A DNA stretch of 64,000 nt. Origin: Bacteroidota bacterium. GTDB lineage: Bacteria; Bacteroidota; Bacteroidia; Flavobacteriales; Flavobacteriaceae. The stretch is from assembly GCA_023457535.1 (NCBI GenBank), contig JAEWLN010000169.1, positions 20,165-84,164 on the forward strand, read 5' to 3'. Positions 30,015-40,195 of this stretch are shown one piece after another (position 1 is the stretch's first letter; every line of letters starts with the position of its first letter). Both the position numbers and the translations under genes were made by a program. Under the pieces are notes generated by a model, which ran no database searches, was not told where the DNA came from, and saw only the letters and a list, made by a program, of their open reading frames with translations.

Positions 30015-31001
30015 ATGTCAATAAAGAATATTCGCCTTGAGGTGATGCAATTTTTAGAGCCAAAAGTCGACTACTATGTGGACAATTATCTGATTCCCGT
30101 AGAAAAAATATGGCAACCCTCGGATTTCCTTCCGGATTCGGAAAGCGATAACTTTTTCGAAGAAGTAAAAGAACTGCGCGAACTGGCCAAAGACCTGCCG
30201 TATGACTTTTGGGTCGCCATGGTAGGCGATATGGTCACTGAAGAAGCGCTCCCTACCTACGAATCGTGGCTTATGGACGTTGAAGGCATCGACAACGTAG
30301 AGCGCAATTCCTGGTCCAAATGGGTACGCCAGTGGACGGGCGAAGAAAACCGTCACGGCGACGTGCTCAACAAATACCTGTATCTGTCCGGACGCGTGAA
30401 CATGCGCGAGATCGAAATCACTACACAACACCTGTTGTCGGACGGATTTGACATCGGAACCGGCCGCGATCCCTATAAAAACTTCATCTACACCTCGTTC
30501 CAGGAGCTCGCCACGTATGTGTCGCACAACCGCGTATCGCAAATGGCCAAGAATTACGGCGACAAAAAACTGGCAAAAATGTGCAAGATGATTGCCGGCG
30601 ACGAAATGCGCCACCACAACGCCTACAGCGAATTTGTTGCCGAGATCTTCAAGGTGGATCCAAGCGAAATGATGCTGGCCTTCAACCACATGATGCGCAA
30701 CAAAATCGTGATGCCGGCCGTTTTCCTGCGCGAATCCGGAGAAAAAATCGGCAAAGCGTTCGAGGAATTTTCGATCTCTGCGCAGCGTATCGGCGTGTAC
30801 ACGGCCAACGATTACGTGGACATTATGCAAAAACTCATTGATCGGTGGGACATCGCCAAAATTGGCAACCTTACGGACGAAGCTGAAAAAGCGCGCGATT
30901 ACCTGATGAAATTGCCTGCGCGCATGGCCAAAGTGTCTGAAAGGCTTGTCATTCCTGCGGAAGAGTACATCTTCAAATGGGTTGAGCCGGCTAAAATCTA
31001 A
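30015..31001 (+). CDS. Soluble acyl-ACP desaturase (ferritin-like diiron)
   Basis: WQPSDFLP, TEEALPTY, WTGEENRHG, FQELAT, DEMRH. Confidence 0.93.
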   Translation: MSIKNIRLEVMQFLEPKVDYYVDNYLIPVEKIWQPSDFLPDSESDNFFEEVKELRELAKDLPYDFWVAMVGDMVTEEALPTYESWLMDVEGIDNVERNSWSKWVRQWTGEENRHGDVLNKYLYLSGRVNMREIEITTQHLLSDGFDIGTGRDPYKNFIYTSFQELATYVSHNRVSQMAKNYGDKKLAKMCKMIAGDEMRHHNAYSEFVAEIFKVDPSEMMLAFNHMMRNKIVMPAVFLRESGEKIGKAFEEFSISAQRIGVYTANDYVDIMQKLIDRWDIAKIGNLTDEAEKARDYLMKLPARMAKVSERLVIPAEEYIFKWVEPAKI

Positions 31002-31010
31002 TTGTTTTTT

Positions 31011-31116
31011 TGGGCGTGCCACCGCCTTCGTAAACTGCGGCGCTGTCAGGCTGTACGCTGCAAGTCCTCGCCTCCCGATGGTCGGGCTGCGGGCTTTTCG
31101 CTTCCATCCTTCACGC
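31011..31116 (+). repeat. Flavo-1-like element, copy 3
   Basis: tgggcgtgcc...gtcaggctgtacgctgcaagtcctcg...cgggcttttcgcttccatccttcacgc. Confidence 0.65.
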
Positions 31117-31132
31117 GGGCATGCGTTAATTC

Positions 31133-31786
31133 ATGATGAACTCCAGTTTAATTGAAAATACCATCGCTTTTGTCAAACAGCAGCTTTCCGGTGCTGAAGG
31201 CGGGCATGATTGGTTCCACATCGAGCGCGTCTGGAAAAACGCCATGCGCATCGCGCAAGCTGAAACCTGCGATTTGACCCTCGTCCAACTGGGTGCGTTG
31301 CTCCACGATATCGCCGACAGCAAATTCCACCACGGCGATGAAACCGTCGGCCCGCGCGTGGCCCGCGAATTCCTCCAAAGTCAAAATGTGGACCAGGACA
31401 CCATTGCGCACGTAATTGGCATTATCGAAAACATTTCGTTCAAAGGCGGCCATGTCGACCAATCATTCGCGTCAAAAGAACTCGATATCGTTCAGGACGC
31501 AGACCGGCTCGACGCTATGGGCGCCATCGGTATTGCGCGTTGTTTCAATTACGGCGGGTTCAAAAACCGCGCGTTGTACGATCCGGAGATTGCGCCTGAT
31601 TTGTCGATGTCCAAAGAGCAATACAAAAAAAGCGATTCGCCTACGTTGAACCACTTTTATGAAAAGTTACTGCTTTTGAAAGACAGGATGAATACCGCAA
31701 CGGGAACGAAAATCGCGCAGCAGCGGCATGATTATATGGAGCAATTCCTGTCGCAGTTTTACGCCGAGTGGAATGGGCAGCGGTAG
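31133..31786 (+). CDS. HD-domain phosphohydrolase
   Basis: GHDWFHIERV, ALLHDIAD, VQDADRLDAMGAIG, HFYEKLL. Confidence 0.92.
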   Translation: MMNSSLIENTIAFVKQQLSGAEGGHDWFHIERVWKNAMRIAQAETCDLTLVQLGALLHDIADSKFHHGDETVGPRVAREFLQSQNVDQDTIAHVIGIIENISFKGGHVDQSFASKELDIVQDADRLDAMGAIGIARCFNYGGFKNRALYDPEIAPDLSMSKEQYKKSDSPTLNHFYEKLLLLKDRMNTATGTKIAQQRHDYMEQFLSQFYAEWNGQR

Positions 31787-31789
31787 GGC

Positions 31790-32065
31790 TCAGGCAGCCA
31801 TTTCCCACTGCACTTCAGTTACGGTAAAATGCTTGTCGTAGAATTCGGCTACTTCCAAAAGACTGTGCGCATTGGCGCTGTGTAATTGCTGCAGGCAACT
31901 GCGGATCAGGGCGATCATTTGTTTGCGCAACAACGATTCTACAGGATGACATTCGAATTGCGCCGTTTCGAGCAACGCATCGATTGTTTTGGCTATTCTT
32001 ACGCGATCAAAAGGGTTGGGCGTGGACACAAGATCCAGCGCGAGTTTGGTAAAAGTAATTGGCAT
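31790..32065 (-). CDS. Hypothetical protein (91 aa)
   Basis: ATG ORF filling the gap, with an upstream -7-like element TATCTTCG; no recognisable family. Confidence 0.55.
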   Translation of the reverse strand: MPITFTKLALDLVSTPNPFDRVRIAKTIDALLETAQFECHPVESLLRKQMIALIRSCLQQLHSANAHSLLEVAEFYDKHFTVTEVQWEMAA

Positions 32066-32143
32066 AGCGTTTTTTTTGCGAAGATAGGCCCGCAATCCAC
32101 CCGCCGAATTACAAATACGCGCGAAATTCTTACAATAAACGAA

Positions 32144-32923
32144 TCACTGTCCGGTGAACACAGCTTTTCTTTTCTCCAAAAACGCCGTCGTTCCTTCCTT
32201 GAAATCCGCTGTTCCAAAACATTTCCCAAACGATTTGATCTCCGTTTGGTAGCCATTGACGCCATCTTCAAAGTTCGCGTTGACCGCTTTGATCGCCTGT
32301 GAAATCGCTGCCGGGGAATTGCGCAGGATCTTTTGCGCGATCCCGTTGCAGTAGTCGAGCAGTTCGGCCTGCGGCACAACGTGGTTTACGAGCCCGAAAG
32401 TTTTGGCCTCATCGGCTGAGATCATTGCTGCGGTCATGATCATTTCCATCGCGCGGCCTTTGCCTACGAGTTGCGGCAGTCTTTGCGTTCCGCCATATCC
32501 CGGGATCACGCCAAGCGAAACCTCCGGAAGTCCCATTTTTGCATTGTCGGAAGCGATGCGAAAGTGGCACGCCATGGCCAGTTCCAATCCGCCGCCGAGC
32601 GCAAATCCGTTGACCGCTGCAATGACGGGCGTTCTCAAATTCTGGACAAAATCAAACAACATTTCATGTCCCTGCGCGGCCAGTTGTGCTCCTTCCTGAA
32701 CGGAAAACGCTGCAAATTCGGCAATGTCGGCACCCGCTACAAAAGCCTTTTCGCCGCTTCCGGTCAGGATGATCGCGCGGATATCGGCGTCATTGTCGAG
32801 GGCGGCAAATGCATCGTGCAATTCGTGGATGGTTTGTTTATTGAGTGCGTTGAGTTTGGTGGGGCGGTTGATCGTGATGGTTGCAATGCCGCCGTTTTTT
32901 TCGGTCAGGATGTTATGGGCCAT
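32144..32923 (-). CDS. Enoyl-CoA hydratase/isomerase (crotonase)
   Basis: AFVAGADI, NGFALGGGLELA, GLPEVSLG, GGTQRL. Confidence 0.95.
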   Translation of the reverse strand: MAHNILTEKNGGIATITINRPTKLNALNKQTIHELHDAFAALDNDADIRAIILTGSGEKAFVAGADIAEFAAFSVQEGAQLAAQGHEMLFDFVQNLRTPVIAAVNGFALGGGLELAMACHFRIASDNAKMGLPEVSLGVIPGYGGTQRLPQLVGKGRAMEMIMTAAMISADEAKTFGLVNHVVPQAELLDYCNGIAQKILRNSPAAISQAIKAVNANFEDGVNGYQTEIKSFGKCFGTADFKEGTTAFLEKRKAVFTGQ

Positions 32924-32932
32924 GATTTTGGT

Positions 32933-34405
32933 TTAAGCGTTGATAATCGGGAGCGATACGGTAAAGACCGTTCCTTTTCCGGGTTCGGTTTCAAAAGTAA
33001 TCGTTCCGCGGTAATTTTCAATGATGTTTTTGATAATTCCAAGCCCGAGTCCCATTCCCGAATTCTTGGTCGTGAATTTCGGCTCGAAGATGTGCGGGAT
33101 GTTGTGCGGTTCGATGCCCGTTCCATTGTCGGACACAGCAATCAAAACCCTTTCCTGGTCGCGTTTTACAGATACCGACACCAGTTTTTCAGGCTGGAGT
33201 TCCGGAATGGCCTGGATGGCATTTTTGACCAAATTGGTAATGATGCGGATCAGTTGGGCGCGGTCCATTTTGGAAATGATCGTTTGGTCCTCGGCTTCAA
33301 ATTTTACGTCGTCCTCGTTGAAGATGTCGAGCGCGAGTTCCACGACTTCCACTACGTTGAGCGTTTCGTTTTGCTGGGCCGGCATCGAAGCGAACTGCGA
33401 AAACGCCGACGCCACGGAACTCATCGTGTCGATCTGCTGGATCAGCGTATCGGAGTAATCCTTGATTTTTTGCTTTAAATCAGGGTCGTTCGGATCGAAC
33501 TTGCGCTGGAAACTCTGCACCGTAAGCCGCATTGGCGTAAGCGGATTCTTGATCTCGTGCGCGACCTGTTTGGCCATCTCGCGCCAGGCTTCCTCGCGTT
33601 CGCTTTGGGCGAGTTTGAGCGCGCTTCGCTCGAGTTTATCGACCATCGAATTGTACGCGCGGATCAGCAAATTGATCTCTTTGGAATTGGCGCGAATGAA
33701 GATCTTTTCGTTTTTCTGGTTCAGGCTCGTGCCGCTGAGCTTGTCCGATATCGTCTTGAGCGACTGCGTGATGTACGTCGATAAAAAATACGCAAGCGCA
33801 AAAGCAATCACGAGCATAAAACCATACACCTGGCTCAAACGGATCAGAAAACTCTGCAGTTCGCGTTCGTAAAATCCGTCATCTTCAACATACGGCAGGT
33901 TCAGAATCCCAAGCGGTTTGAACTTCTGGTCCTTGATCAGCGTGTAGGACGAGCGGTTGCGCACCCCACCGGTGTTGGTGATGTCCACGTAGCGCTTCTC
34001 GATCGAGGATTGCACGAGTTTGAGGATGTACTTGGGAATGGGCGGCGAGACGCTGTCGATCGAAAACGACGCCTTGGACGATTTGACCAGTTTGCCGTCG
34101 AGCCCGTAAATGTTGATCTCAAGGTTGTGGATTTGCGCCAGTTCGTGGATCCGATCCTTAAAAATGGCCCCGAGGTTGCGCGCCGTAAGCGGATACGTCG
34201 TATTGGCCAGCACGTAATTGATGTGTTCCTTTATCGCGAGTTCCTTGCGTTCGAGCCGCTCCTGATGGTATTCCTTGGCTTCGTTCTTGAACTGGATGAT
34301 CGAAATCGACGCCATCAATACCGATGCGATCAGGATCAGCAGGATCATCGACAGGAAGATCCTCGTGCGCAGCGAAAGCATCGACATGTGGAACCGCTTG
34401 GCCAT
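32933..34405 (-). CDS. Membrane sensor histidine kinase (NtrY-like)
   Basis: Two TMs, HAMP, WREMAKQVAHEIKNPLTP, NLVKNA, DNGTGI, GMGLGL. Confidence 0.93.
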   Translation of the reverse strand: MAKRFHMSMLSLRTRIFLSMILLILIASVLMASISIIQFKNEAKEYHQERLERKELAIKEHINYVLANTTYPLTARNLGAIFKDRIHELAQIHNLEINIYGLDGKLVKSSKASFSIDSVSPPIPKYILKLVQSSIEKRYVDITNTGGVRNRSSYTLIKDQKFKPLGILNLPYVEDDGFYERELQSFLIRLSQVYGFMLVIAFALAYFLSTYITQSLKTISDKLSGTSLNQKNEKIFIRANSKEINLLIRAYNSMVDKLERSALKLAQSEREEAWREMAKQVAHEIKNPLTPMRLTVQSFQRKFDPNDPDLKQKIKDYSDTLIQQIDTMSSVASAFSQFASMPAQQNETLNVVEVVELALDIFNEDDVKFEAEDQTIISKMDRAQLIRIITNLVKNAIQAIPELQPEKLVSVSVKRDQERVLIAVSDNGTGIEPHNIPHIFEPKFTTKNSGMGLGLGIIKNIIENYRGTITFETEPGKGTVFTVSLPIINA

Positions 34406-34959
34406 CAGGTTTGGTTTTTTTCGCGGATGCGCTTGTAGAATTTAAACCCAAGCATGATCAGGACGGAAAACGAGGCAATCCCAATAACGCCATAAATCCA
34501 GTTGACCGCATTTTTGAGCACGACCAGGAAAACGACGGCAAACAAAATAAGCGTCGCGCCTTCATTCCAAAGCCGCATGTAATTGGACGTATGGCGCACC
34601 TGGTTATTTTGCAGTTGCCGGAAGATTTGATGGCATTTCAGGTGGTACCCATAAAGCAAAAATACAAATCCGAGCTTGACGTGCATCCACGGCATTTGCA
34701 ACCACGCACGGCCCAAATCGGTGCCGAGCAACATCCAGAACGCAAAAATACTGGCGAGCACCGCCGAAGGCCACGTAATAATATACCACAACCGATAGGT
34801 CATGATCTTGTATTGTTTTTGCAGAATTTCCTTTTCGGGCGATGGTCTGGAAGCCGCTTCGATCTGGTACACAAACAGCCGCACGATGTAGAACAGCCCG
34901 GCGAACCAGGTGATCACAAAGATGAGGTGCAGGGATTTGAGATAGTTGTAAACTTCCAT
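34405..34959 (-). CDS. hemJ: Protoporphyrinogen oxidase HemJ (CopD family)
   Basis: KSLHLIFVITWFAGLFYIVRLFVY, WMHVKL, RLWNE. Confidence 0.88.
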   Translation of the reverse strand: MEVYNYLKSLHLIFVITWFAGLFYIVRLFVYQIEAASRPSPEKEILQKQYKIMTYRLWYIITWPSAVLASIFAFWMLLGTDLGRAWLQMPWMHVKLGFVFLLYGYHLKCHQIFRQLQNNQVRHTSNYMRLWNEGATLILFAVVFLVVLKNAVNWIYGVIGIASFSVLIMLGFKFYKRIREKNQT

Positions 34960-35028
34960 TGTGTCGGAGTTTAAAGTTGAAGGTTTCACGTTGCGTCCAA
35001 ACAACTTTAAACCTTAAACGTTGCACAT

Positions 35029-36051
35029 TTAATCGTTACTGTTGCTCCAATCATTGATCCATCCCGCGAGGGTCGAGCACCAGTTGTCGTCGTCGTTCAA
35101 ACACGGGATGGCCAGAAATTCTTCGCCGCCGTGCGCTTTGAACTGATGGTTGGCTTCCATGGCGATTTCCTCAAGCGTTTCGAGACAATCGGCTACGAAA
35201 GCCGGTGTGACGACAGCGAGTTTTTTGATGCCTTGTTCCGGCATTTTGTTGATCTCGACATCGGTGTACGGTTCGAGCCATTTGTCGCCCGCGAGACGCG
35301 ATTGGAACGTCTGGCTGTATTTTTCTGCCGGAATGCCCAGCAATTCCACGACCTGCCGCGTGGTTTCAAAACACTGGTGGCGGTAGCAAAATTCGTGTGC
35401 GGGCGAGGGCGTTACGCAACACGTCCCGTTGATCTTGCAATGTGATCTCGTCACATCGGTCTTGCGGATGTGCCGCTCGGGAATGCCGTGGTAGGAAAAC
35501 AGCAAATGATCGTAATCGAATGTATCGAGTTGTCGTTTGATCGAATCGGCGAGATTTTGAATGTAATCGGGCTTGTTGTAAAAAGCCGGCACTTTGGTGA
35601 ATTTCATGTTCGGGAAATGCTTGGCGCGCAGCTCTTCTGCCAGGACTTCGATCGTTACCGTCGAGGCCATCGCGTGCTGCGGATACAGCGGAAACAACAT
35701 CACTTCATCCACGCCCTGATCGTGGAGCTGCTGCAATCCGGACAAGATCGTCGGCTGGCCGTAACGCATGGCGAGCGCCATCGGGATATCGACCTGTTTT
35801 TTGACCTTTTCGAACATGCGTTTGGACAATACGATCAGCGGCGAGCCTTCTTCCCACCAGATTTTTTTGTACGCGGCGGCCGACCGCTCGGGACGCTTGC
35901 GCAAAATGATGCCGCGAACCAGCAAGGCGCGGAGCAAAAACGGCACGTCGATCACGAACCGGTCCATCAAAAATTCGTCGAGGTAAGGTTTTACATCTTT
36001 TGGATCGGGGCTGTTGGGCGATCCGAGGTTGACTAGTAGTACTCCTTTCAT
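35029..36051 (-). CDS. hemH: Ferrochelatase
   Basis: LLVNLGSP, PLYPQ, FSYHGIP, FQSR, WLEP, FVADCLETLEE. Confidence 0.96.
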   Translation of the reverse strand: MKGVLLVNLGSPNSPDPKDVKPYLDEFLMDRFVIDVPFLLRALLVRGIILRKRPERSAAAYKKIWWEEGSPLIVLSKRMFEKVKKQVDIPMALAMRYGQPTILSGLQQLHDQGVDEVMLFPLYPQHAMASTVTIEVLAEELRAKHFPNMKFTKVPAFYNKPDYIQNLADSIKRQLDTFDYDHLLFSYHGIPERHIRKTDVTRSHCKINGTCCVTPSPAHEFCYRHQCFETTRQVVELLGIPAEKYSQTFQSRLAGDKWLEPYTDVEINKMPEQGIKKLAVVTPAFVADCLETLEEIAMEANHQFKAHGGEEFLAIPCLNDDDNWCSTLAGWINDWSNSND

Positions 36052-36156
36052 TTGAGTCGAAGGTCGAAAGTCGAAAGTCAAATGACCAGACAATCTGTTT
36101 AATTATTGAAAATAGTTTTAGCTTGCTCGTTGGTTTGTGCGCATTCGACGTTTACA

Positions 36157-37035
36157 TTAGACGTTCGACGACGTATTGATGGACATCAGATACTTTTTAG
36201 GGGTAGTCGCAAATTTTTTCTTGAACGCCGATATAAAATGGCTGGCCGTGCTGTACCCGATCTTGAGTCCGACCTCATTGACATTATGGCTGCCTTCTTC
36301 GAGGAGCTTGCGCGCGTACTCCATTTTGTAATCGAACAGAAAACTGTACACGCTGTCGCCGTAAATTTGCTTGAAGCCCATTTTGAGCTTCTTTAAATTG
36401 AGTCCCACCTGGTCCGCGAGTTCCTGTAATCCGGGCGGTTCGGCCATGTTTGCGATCACGATGTCCTTGGCCTTTCGGATCTTGAGTACATTTTCCTCGT
36501 CGATCAGAAACGGGCATTGCTCGGCGTCGGGGTCTTCGCTGCGGTTGAAATACAAACTCAAAAGCTCGTAGGCCTTGCCTTTGTAATACAGATGCTTGAT
36601 CGACGGGTTCAGGTGATAATGGAACAGTTGGCTCAAAACGATCGACATCGACGGATTGATGTCCGATTCGTCGTAATATTTTCGCTCCTGATTCTCTTTG
36701 CTCAAAAACGGGATGTGTTCAGCTTCTGTCGAGAACAGGCTGTGGAATTTTTTGATCGATATCACTACCGATATGACCCACGAATTCGGCGCCAGTTCCA
36801 GGTTCAAAGGCAACTCCTTTTGCGGGTTGTACAACAAAAGCGCTTTTTCCTCCTTGAGATCGAGCGCATAATTGCCCTGGTTGAAAATAAACTTCGCGCG
36901 GCCCTTGATGCCAAAGTGAAACTGGATCAAGCCTTGGTTAATCGGGCGCTCGGCGCGAAAAACCTCACTGCCATCGTTTTGGAACCGGAGCAGGAAAAAA
37001 TCGTCTTCTATTTTGATGATCTCATCGGAACCCAT
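36157..37035 (-). CDS. AraC-family transcriptional regulator
   Basis: C-terminal double HTH (LKKLKMGFKQIYG, GYSTASHFISAFKKKFATTPKKY); contains a CP motif. Confidence 0.93.
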   Translation of the reverse strand: MGSDEIIKIEDDFFLLRFQNDGSEVFRAERPINQGLIQFHFGIKGRAKFIFNQGNYALDLKEEKALLLYNPQKELPLNLELAPNSWVISVVISIKKFHSLFSTEAEHIPFLSKENQERKYYDESDINPSMSIVLSQLFHYHLNPSIKHLYYKGKAYELLSLYFNRSEDPDAEQCPFLIDEENVLKIRKAKDIVIANMAEPPGLQELADQVGLNLKKLKMGFKQIYGDSVYSFLFDYKMEYARKLLEEGSHNVNEVGLKIGYSTASHFISAFKKKFATTPKKYLMSINTSSNV

Positions 37036-37078
37036 AGCGGTATTTTTTTAGGATTGCGGCATCGGGCAAAACCCGATA

Positions 37079-37103
37079 TTTATTTAGAATCGTTCTATAT
37101 AAA
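37079..37103. promoter_or_regulatory. Candidate Fur/iron box
   Basis: Inverted repeat TTTATTTAGAA-TCG-TTCTATATAAA (one mismatch), between the araC -7 element (TACTTTTGC, 37137-37129) and its start codon. Confidence 0.55.
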
Positions 37104-37255
37104 TCGCGCTAAAACGCTTGCCACTGGTGCAAAAGTATCAAAAATTACGTTTCAGGGACGCAATCGGGCCAAAAAATCCTGAAGCGGTATAAAAAGTCCT
37201 TTTAGCGTTACTTTTATAAAAGTGTTCGCGATAATTTTGTGGCACTTTACCAAAC

Positions 37256-38515
37256 GTGGATATGACCCATAACAACTTACCGAAGCATTACTTTTACGCC
37301 GTCGGGCTCAGCTATAAAAAAGCCGACGCGGAAATGAGGGGAAAATTCAGCCTCGATGCGGCCGCCAAGACCCGTTTACTGGAACAGGCCAAACGCGAAG
37401 GCATCGAAAGCATGATTGTGACCTCTACGTGCAACCGTACGGAAATTTACGGCTTCGGGCAGCATCCGTTTCAACTTATTAAACTCATTTGCGACAATAC
37501 CCAGGGAACTGCTGAGGAATTCCAGCAAGTGGGATACGTCTATAAATCACAGGAAGCGATCAACCACATGTTCCGCGTCGGGACGGGTCTGGACAGCCAG
37601 ATCCTGGGCGATTTTGAAATCATCAGCCAACTCAGGACCGGATTCAACGAATCCAAATCGTTTGGCCTGATCAATACTTTTTTGGACCGACTGATCAATG
37701 CCGTGATCCAGGCGAGCAAAAAGATCAAGAACGAAACGCAGATTTCATCGGGCGCGACTTCGGTGTCGTTTGCATCGGTGCAATACATCATCAAGAATGT
37801 TTCGGACATCAAAAATAAGAACATCCTGCTTTTCGGCACCGGAAAGATCGGGCGCAACACGTGTGAAAATCTCGTCAAGCACACCAAAAATGAGCACATT
37901 ACGCTGATCAACCGCACGCGCGACAAGGCTGAAAAACTGGCCGGCAAACTGAATCTGATCGTCAAGGATTATTCGGATCTGCAACTCGAACTGCAAAAAG
38001 CCGATATTGTCGTGGTGGCCACAGGCGCACAAAACCCAACGATCGACGCGGCCATCCTGAACCTTAAAAAGCCGCTTTTGATCCTCGATTTGTCAATTCC
38101 CAAAAACGTACACGACAACGTGACCACTTTGCCGGGCGTGACGCTCGTCCACATGGACAACCTCGCGCAAATGACGGACGAAACGCTCGAAAACCGCAAA
38201 AAACACATTCCGGCGGCCGAGGCGATCATCGAGGAGATCAAGTCTGAATTCCTGATCTGGACCAAGGCGCGCAAATTTGCCCCGACGATCAACGCGCTCA
38301 AGGATAAACTCAACGCGATCAAAAAATCCGAGCTCGATTTTCAGAGTAAAAAAATCGCCGATTTCAATGAACAGCAGGCCGAAATCATCTCGGCGCGCAT
38401 CATCCAGAAAATCACGACGCATTTTGCCAATCACCTCAAAGACGACAATACGATGGTTGATGAAAGCATCGAATGGATCGAAAAAGTCTTCCAGATCGAG
38501 CCCGTAAAATCATGA
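37256..38515 (+). CDS. hemA: Glutamyl-tRNA reductase
   Basis: STCNRTEIY, GLDSQILGDFEI, GTGKIG, DLSIPKN. Confidence 0.96.
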   Translation: MDMTHNNLPKHYFYAVGLSYKKADAEMRGKFSLDAAAKTRLLEQAKREGIESMIVTSTCNRTEIYGFGQHPFQLIKLICDNTQGTAEEFQQVGYVYKSQEAINHMFRVGTGLDSQILGDFEIISQLRTGFNESKSFGLINTFLDRLINAVIQASKKIKNETQISSGATSVSFASVQYIIKNVSDIKNKNILLFGTGKIGRNTCENLVKHTKNEHITLINRTRDKAEKLAGKLNLIVKDYSDLQLELQKADIVVVATGAQNPTIDAAILNLKKPLLILDLSIPKNVHDNVTTLPGVTLVHMDNLAQMTDETLENRKKHIPAAEAIIEEIKSEFLIWTKARKFAPTINALKDKLNAIKKSELDFQSKKIADFNEQQAEIISARIIQKITTHFANHLKDDNTMVDESIEWIEKVFQIEPVKS

Positions 38516-39429
38516 ACAAAACCATCCGAATAGGAACGCGTGACAGCGAATTGGCCCTTTGGCAGGCGCACACCGTCGAAAGAAAACTCAATGATTCAGG
38601 CTTTGCGACCCAAATTGTCGCGGTCAAATCCCAGGGCGACCTGATGCTTGACAAACCGCTGTACGAGCTTGGCATCACCGGTATTTTTACCAAAACGCTC
38701 GACATCGCCATGCTGAGCGGCCAGATCGACATCGCCGTGCATTCGATGAAAGATGTCCCCACGGCGCTTCCCAAAGGCATCGTACAAGCGGCCGTACTCG
38801 AGCGCGCAAGCCATAAAGACATTCTCGTCTATAAAAATTCCACCGATTTTTTCAATACTGAAGCGACGATCGCCACAGGCAGTTTGCGCCGGCAGGCCCA
38901 ATGGCTCAACCGGTATCCGCACCACCGCGTCGTGGATTTGCGCGGCAATGTCAACACGCGTTTGCAAAAGCTCGCCGACCATGATTGGGACGGCGCTGTT
39001 TTCGCATCAGCAGGGCTCGATCGCATTGGGTTGAAGCCTGAGAATTACAGCGAACTCGATTGGATGATTCCCGCTCCCGCACAAGGTGCGATGGTCGTCG
39101 TAGCGATGGAAAACGATGCGTTCACGCGCGATGCCATCGGGCAACTCAACGACAATCCGAGCGAAATCTGTACGCATATTGAACGCGAATTTTTGCGTAC
39201 CCTTGAAGGCGGATGTACCGCACCGATTGGCGCTTTTGCTGAGATCATCGACGCGCAGATCCGGTTTGGAGGGGTCTTGTGCTCACTTGACGGACAAGAG
39301 AAGATCCTGATCGAAAAATCGTGCGCCGTTGAAGATTACGAGCATTTTGGTGCCCAATGTGCCGAGAATGCGCTTCAGAGCGGCGGTCACGAACTGATGG
39401 CCCGGATCAGAAAAGACCTTAAAAAATAA
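38512..39429 (+). CDS. hemC: Hydroxymethylbilane synthase
   Basis: IGTRDSELALWQA, AVHSMKD, SLRR, LRGNVNTR, GGCTAP. Confidence 0.96.
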   Translation: MNKTIRIGTRDSELALWQAHTVERKLNDSGFATQIVAVKSQGDLMLDKPLYELGITGIFTKTLDIAMLSGQIDIAVHSMKDVPTALPKGIVQAAVLERASHKDILVYKNSTDFFNTEATIATGSLRRQAQWLNRYPHHRVVDLRGNVNTRLQKLADHDWDGAVFASAGLDRIGLKPENYSELDWMIPAPAQGAMVVVAMENDAFTRDAIGQLNDNPSEICTHIEREFLRTLEGGCTAPIGAFAEIIDAQIRFGGVLCSLDGQEKILIEKSCAVEDYEHFGAQCAENALQSGGHELMARIRKDLKK

Positions 39430-40100
39430 TGCGCATCCTGTCGACTAAAATATTGAAGTCCAACCAAAGGCAATTTTTGCTCAACGCCGGTTTTTCAGTC
39501 GTGGAAGCCGATTTTATCCGTGTGACGCCGTTGGAATTTTCGCTCGAAAACACCGCCGAAAACCTGATCATCACCAGCTGTAATGCCGTCAAAGCGCTCG
39601 CCGCACATCCCGATGTTCAGCACATCAGGAGAAAACCGGTGTTTTGCGTAGGCCAGAAGACCGCTGATCTGCTTGATGAAATCGGATTTACGGTGCAGGA
39701 AACCGCCGATTACGGCAGTGAACTCGCGCGCATCATTGCATCAGATTATCCATCGGAAAGCTTTACTTTTTTTTCGGGAAATATGCGCCGCGATGAATTG
39801 CCTTACACATTAACGCAAGCGGGCGTGCGGCTTAACGAAATCAACGTGTACCACACGGCGCTCACGCCGCATAAGGTGGGATCGTTTGACGGTATTTTGT
39901 TTTTCAGCCCGTCGGCGGTACACAGTTTTGTATCGGAAAATGCCATGGGTGATGCGGTTTGCTTTTGCATCGGACAAACCACCGCCCGCGCATTGGAAGG
40001 AATTTGTGAAAAAATAGTGGTGGCCCACTTGCCATCGGTGGAAAATACAATCATACAAACGATTAATTATTTTGGCCGAACGTCAACCGTCGGGCTTTAA
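39429..40100 (+). CDS. hemD: Uroporphyrinogen-III synthase
   Basis: FCVGQKT, VYHT, FFSPSAV, CIGQTTA; follows hemC. Confidence 0.92.
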   Translation: MRILSTKILKSNQRQFLLNAGFSVVEADFIRVTPLEFSLENTAENLIITSCNAVKALAAHPDVQHIRRKPVFCVGQKTADLLDEIGFTVQETADYGSELARIIASDYPSESFTFFSGNMRRDELPYTLTQAGVRLNEINVYHTALTPHKVGSFDGILFFSPSAVHSFVSENAMGDAVCFCIGQTTARALEGICEKIVVAHLPSVENTIIQTINYFGRTSTVGL

Positions 40101-40195
40101 TGAACTGAAATATTGAATTATCCAAAAAATAACCATCCATAACGATTGACGGGTCGGGCCTTCGTTCGACAATGACATTCGACATTTGACAAAAA

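Noticed and set aside
30015..31001. Plant-type acyl-ACP desaturase as a horizontal transfer
   Set aside because: This family is a regular component of Bacteroidetes genomes, and composition matches neighbouring genes.
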